From Catajapyx aquilonaris (Eukaryota): a DNA stretch of 35,866 nt. The stretch covers positions 1 to 35,866 of the forward strand of contig JYFJ02003976.1 in the NCBI GenBank assembly GCA_000934665.2, in the 5' to 3' direction. The notes below the pieces were generated by a model. That model saw only the letters and a list, made by a program, of their open reading frames with translations, did not search any database and had not been told where the DNA came from. Positions 32,971 to 35,866 of the stretch are shown in pieces; positions within the stretch are counted from its first letter, which is position 1, and each line of letters opens with the position of its first letter. Made by a program: the position numbers and the translations under genes.

Positions 32971-33895
32971 AATTATATCAAAAACATTCCCTTCAGTGAA
33001 AAAAAGAGAAGTAAGACCTCCGCGGCTGAATGAAAGTACTGAAACAAGGCAGGCGCACGTAAGACCTTCACCAATTGATTTAAGCTGTACCATAGGTCTT
33101 ACTCAAGCAATTTCCAATTCACTGCTCATGAAGTCTCCTTTCTGAAACCAATTTGTGGAATTTTCGTCCTACTACTAATTACTTCTAACAGCAGTACCAG
33201 TGTACTGCAATTGTACTGGTAAATTAACAGTAACTATAGTTACTGGTAAATTAACAGTAACTATAGTTACTGGTAAATTAACAGTAACTATAGTTACTGG
33301 TAAATTAACAGTAACTATAGTTACTGGTAAATTAACAGTAACTACAGTTGCTTTGTAGTAGTACGACGGAAATTCCGCCCATTAATTTTCCGTGAGCCAC
33401 TCCATATAAGTGTTTTCTAAAATATATTATGAACTTCAATATTAAGCGCATTGAATTTCTAGTCTAGACGATTCGTTCGAATTTATTGCCATGAAACATT
33501 TATGCAGAATCGTCATCTCCTTTAGATGCTGATTTTAACTGAAATGTTTAATTTTTCACATGTAGACGTAAATTGGTGAAATTTTGATGGTCTTTTTCGA
33601 ATGAATGGCTTCTGCATAAGTTCAGGAGAAAACATTTCCAAGTCTGTGAGGATGGGTTCAGTTCTTCTCCTTTTTTTCCTTCCCTTCCCCGTCCCACTGC
33701 TCTGAGTAGTTTGCAGCAGTAATTTATACGAGTCGTTCCATACTGTACTTGGGAATTGCTTGAGTAAGACCTATGGTACAGCTTAAATCAATTGGTGAAG
33801 GTCTTACGTGCGCCTGCCTTGTTTCAGTACTTTCATTCCGCCGCGGAGGTCTTACTTCTCTTTTTTTCACTGAAGGGAATGTTTTTGATATAATT
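32971..33895. mobile_element. Foldback/MITE element of about 925 bp with near-perfect TIRs of about 147 bp
   Basis: 32971-33117 is the reverse complement of about 33749-33895 with about 2 mismatches. Each arm carries three GTAAGACCT motifs. No clear TSD. Confidence 0.85.
33214..33348. repeat. Minisatellite, 5 x 27 bp, with palindromic units
   Basis: TACTGGTAAATTAACAGTAACTATAGT starts at 33214, 33241, 33268, 33295 and 33322. Confidence 0.95.
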
Positions 33896-33936
33896 TCAGT
33901 TCTTTTTTGACAGTACGGAATAGGTACAATGATGCC

Positions 33937-34362
33937 TCATTTTAATATCATACATATTAATACAATTCTGTATGCCATGGCCTTCATCTGAGCTGTCGCT
34001 CTCTTGGGATGCCTCTTGAGAAGAGCCTTCTGCAGCCGGGAAATCATGCCACTCTTTTGGTGCTTAACAGCGAGCTGCTGTCGCCTAATGTACTGTGGAA
34101 GATGCTTTGACATGTACATTGCCGACTTCTGCTGCAGCACCATGGAACGGTTCCGCTTATACCGCTTTGCCTCCCTTCGACGGTTTTGCTCACGATGGCT
34201 GCGGTCGTAACGCGCCTGCTTCTTTCTGATCTGTTCACGATGTCTGTTGTTGTATCTCGCCTGCCTTTCCTGGCTGCTTGCAGGGAGATGCTGCTTGTTT
34301 TTTATTTTTGCAGCATATTTTACTTTAGCTGCTTTTTTCTTACTCCACGCTTTCCCAGGCAT
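33937..34362 (-). other. Intronless 141-aa, highly basic ORF, probably a mobile-element protein fragment
   Basis: ATG-initiated, K/R-rich, with 14-aa spaced repeats (RQARYNNRHREQIR / KQARYDRSHREQNR). Surrounded by repeat-like DNA. No family recognised with certainty. Confidence 0.45.
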
Positions 34363-34632
34363 ATTGAAGCTAAAAAAGGTGGCTAACTCTGTTGAGTCTT
34401 ATCCCTGTATAATATAAAAAATAAGTATGTAGTGAGAGGACTTTATTAGGACTGCCGCTCCGACATGCGGAGACAATACTGACCCTGTTTCTGGAATTGC
34501 TGAATTCAGAAGGGCTCCAAACCAGGGAAAACAATTATGGAGAAACATGTCGAAAGAACATGACTCGACACGATTCTTCTCCAAACGAAATCGTCTGTTT
34601 CGAACAAACTCTCAAGTTTTGAAACACAATTA

Positions 34633-34978
34633 TCCGGAAGCTCACAACGAAATGGTTCGCTCGGAAAACATGCAGTCAGAACAAGAACTCGAATAATAAT
34701 CTCTCCGTATCCTAGGAATGGAAACAATGACGAGCTATATGATTGTTATAAAATACAAATACGTAAATTATATGTAGGGACAATGATGATCTAATAGACT
34801 CCATACTGACCCTGCTGTGGTGATGGAAGGGTTGAGTTTGCCCAGCCAGGTGTGCGGAAGTCGAAGGCCAATCACAAATGCGACAGTGTAGACTGACCAC
34901 TACACAGTTTTCCGGAAGCTCACAACGAAATGGTTAGCTCGGGAAACATGCTGTCAGAACAAGAACTCGAATAATAAT
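34633..34978. repeat. Direct repeat pair of about 68 bp
   Basis: TCCGGAAGCTCACAACGAAATGGTT...AGAACAAGAACTCGAATAATAAT at 34633-34700 and 34911-34978. Confidence 0.85.
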
Positions 34979-35139
34979 AATAATAATAAGTAAATAATAA
35001 ATCTGTAATAAGTACAATGCGTTCACCCTAGAGCAGCTAATAACAATATGGCTAGTGGGTAAACAAGAATTGACGTGTCTAGGTGATGGCAATTCTAGGT
35101 GAAGTAATGGCAGAAAAAATACGAGGTAAAAAAATCACA

Positions 35140-35495
35140 CCTCCAATCCTGTAGCAGTGGGAACTGTGAGATTTTGAACATAGATCCGCACCATCCCACT
35201 GCACCTGCGGCCCTTGGACGAAGAAACCTAATTACGAATAGTTATTGAGCAAAAAAATGAAAACGTATTTTTTAGTGGTCTCAATTTTTTTGCGGCGTTT
35301 TGAAGAGGAATTAAGTAAACGTGTAAATGATAGGAAATCAATTCACGATGGTGGGGATCTGTGTTCAAAATTTGGAAGCTCTACCTACAGCAGAATCTGA
35401 GTTAGGGCGATTGAAAAAAACGTAACAAGAAGCAGGAAAAATTCATTGTTGAAACGCTATGCTACGGTCTTACTTAAGGGCTACCGCCCTTAAAA
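35140..35495. mobile_element. Probable non-autonomous Helentron/HINE-like element end
   Basis: Internal inverted repeat (35172-35195 versus 35347-35370) and a terminal hairpin TTAAGGGC-TACC-GCCCTTAA (35474-35493) followed by an A run. Confidence 0.4.
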
Positions 35496-35866
35496 TAAAC
35501 ATCACGTTGTGTTGTTGCCGACATTCCTCGTCTCTCCCAGGCTTGAATATCTTCTTTCATGTGTATGGTTAAATTCAGGGGGGAGCCGTCCCGACAGATT
35601 TGCTCTTGTCACGTGACCGTGGCTTTTGGCGTGACGTCACGGTGAGGATAAATTCAAACTGGGATAGAGCTTTCCATGCAATGTCATGCACTTTACGTAA
35701 TTATTTTCACACACTTCTAAGTGAGCTAAAAATTTGAGAACTGGCAGACCTGTAACCCAGACATCCAATACAACGTCAAATGTCCCGAATCACACATTTT
35801 CGCCCTGGGGCCGGCCCGCGGGCGAAAGTTCTTAGGCAAGGCAAAAGGGGCATAATTCCCTTCTTG

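Noticed and set aside
33214..33348. CRISPR-like array of 27-bp palindromic repeats
   Set aside because: The repeats are contiguous with no unique spacers, there are no cas genes, and the context is eukaryotic.
35605..35645. E-box (GTCACGTGAC) and CRE (GTGACGTCAC) palindromes as a promoter
   Set aside because: No gene is visible in the window, and such motifs are also common inside DNA transposons, so they cannot be assigned.

Overview
Eukaryotic, AT-rich genomic DNA with short GT-AG introns, most consistent with an arthropod or other invertebrate; the species cannot be determined from the sequence. There are two head-to-head, tandemly amplified gene families. (1) 1-12.4 kb, minus strand: seven copies (G1-G7) of an unrecognised six-exon gene that I reconstructed by hand from splice sites. 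The protein has an N-terminal beta-rich domain (MKGSIVG..FTSD.VFLHGVCL.GFNL..IF..GQFV.IVG), an acidic Ser-rich linker, a coiled coil and a C-terminal hydrophobic helix. The copies form a roughly 5.6 kb three-gene higher-order duplication, and the membrane-anchor exon has been independently altered in most of them. (2) 13.1-32.7 kb, plus strand: nine C2H2 zinc-finger genes or pseudogenes in two subfamilies. They have no KRAB, ZAD or BTB domain, but share an acidic N-terminal module with several psiKxE motifs and an EDPL motif. The region is full of mobile DNA: two tRNA-derived SINEs with TSDs, Helitron 3' ends, a Helitron RepHel N-terminal fragment with 23-aa STPR-like repeats, Sola-like MITEs, long-TIR foldback elements, a 27-bp palindromic minisatellite and a probable Helentron-like element. 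All gene models are manual and lack RNA support.
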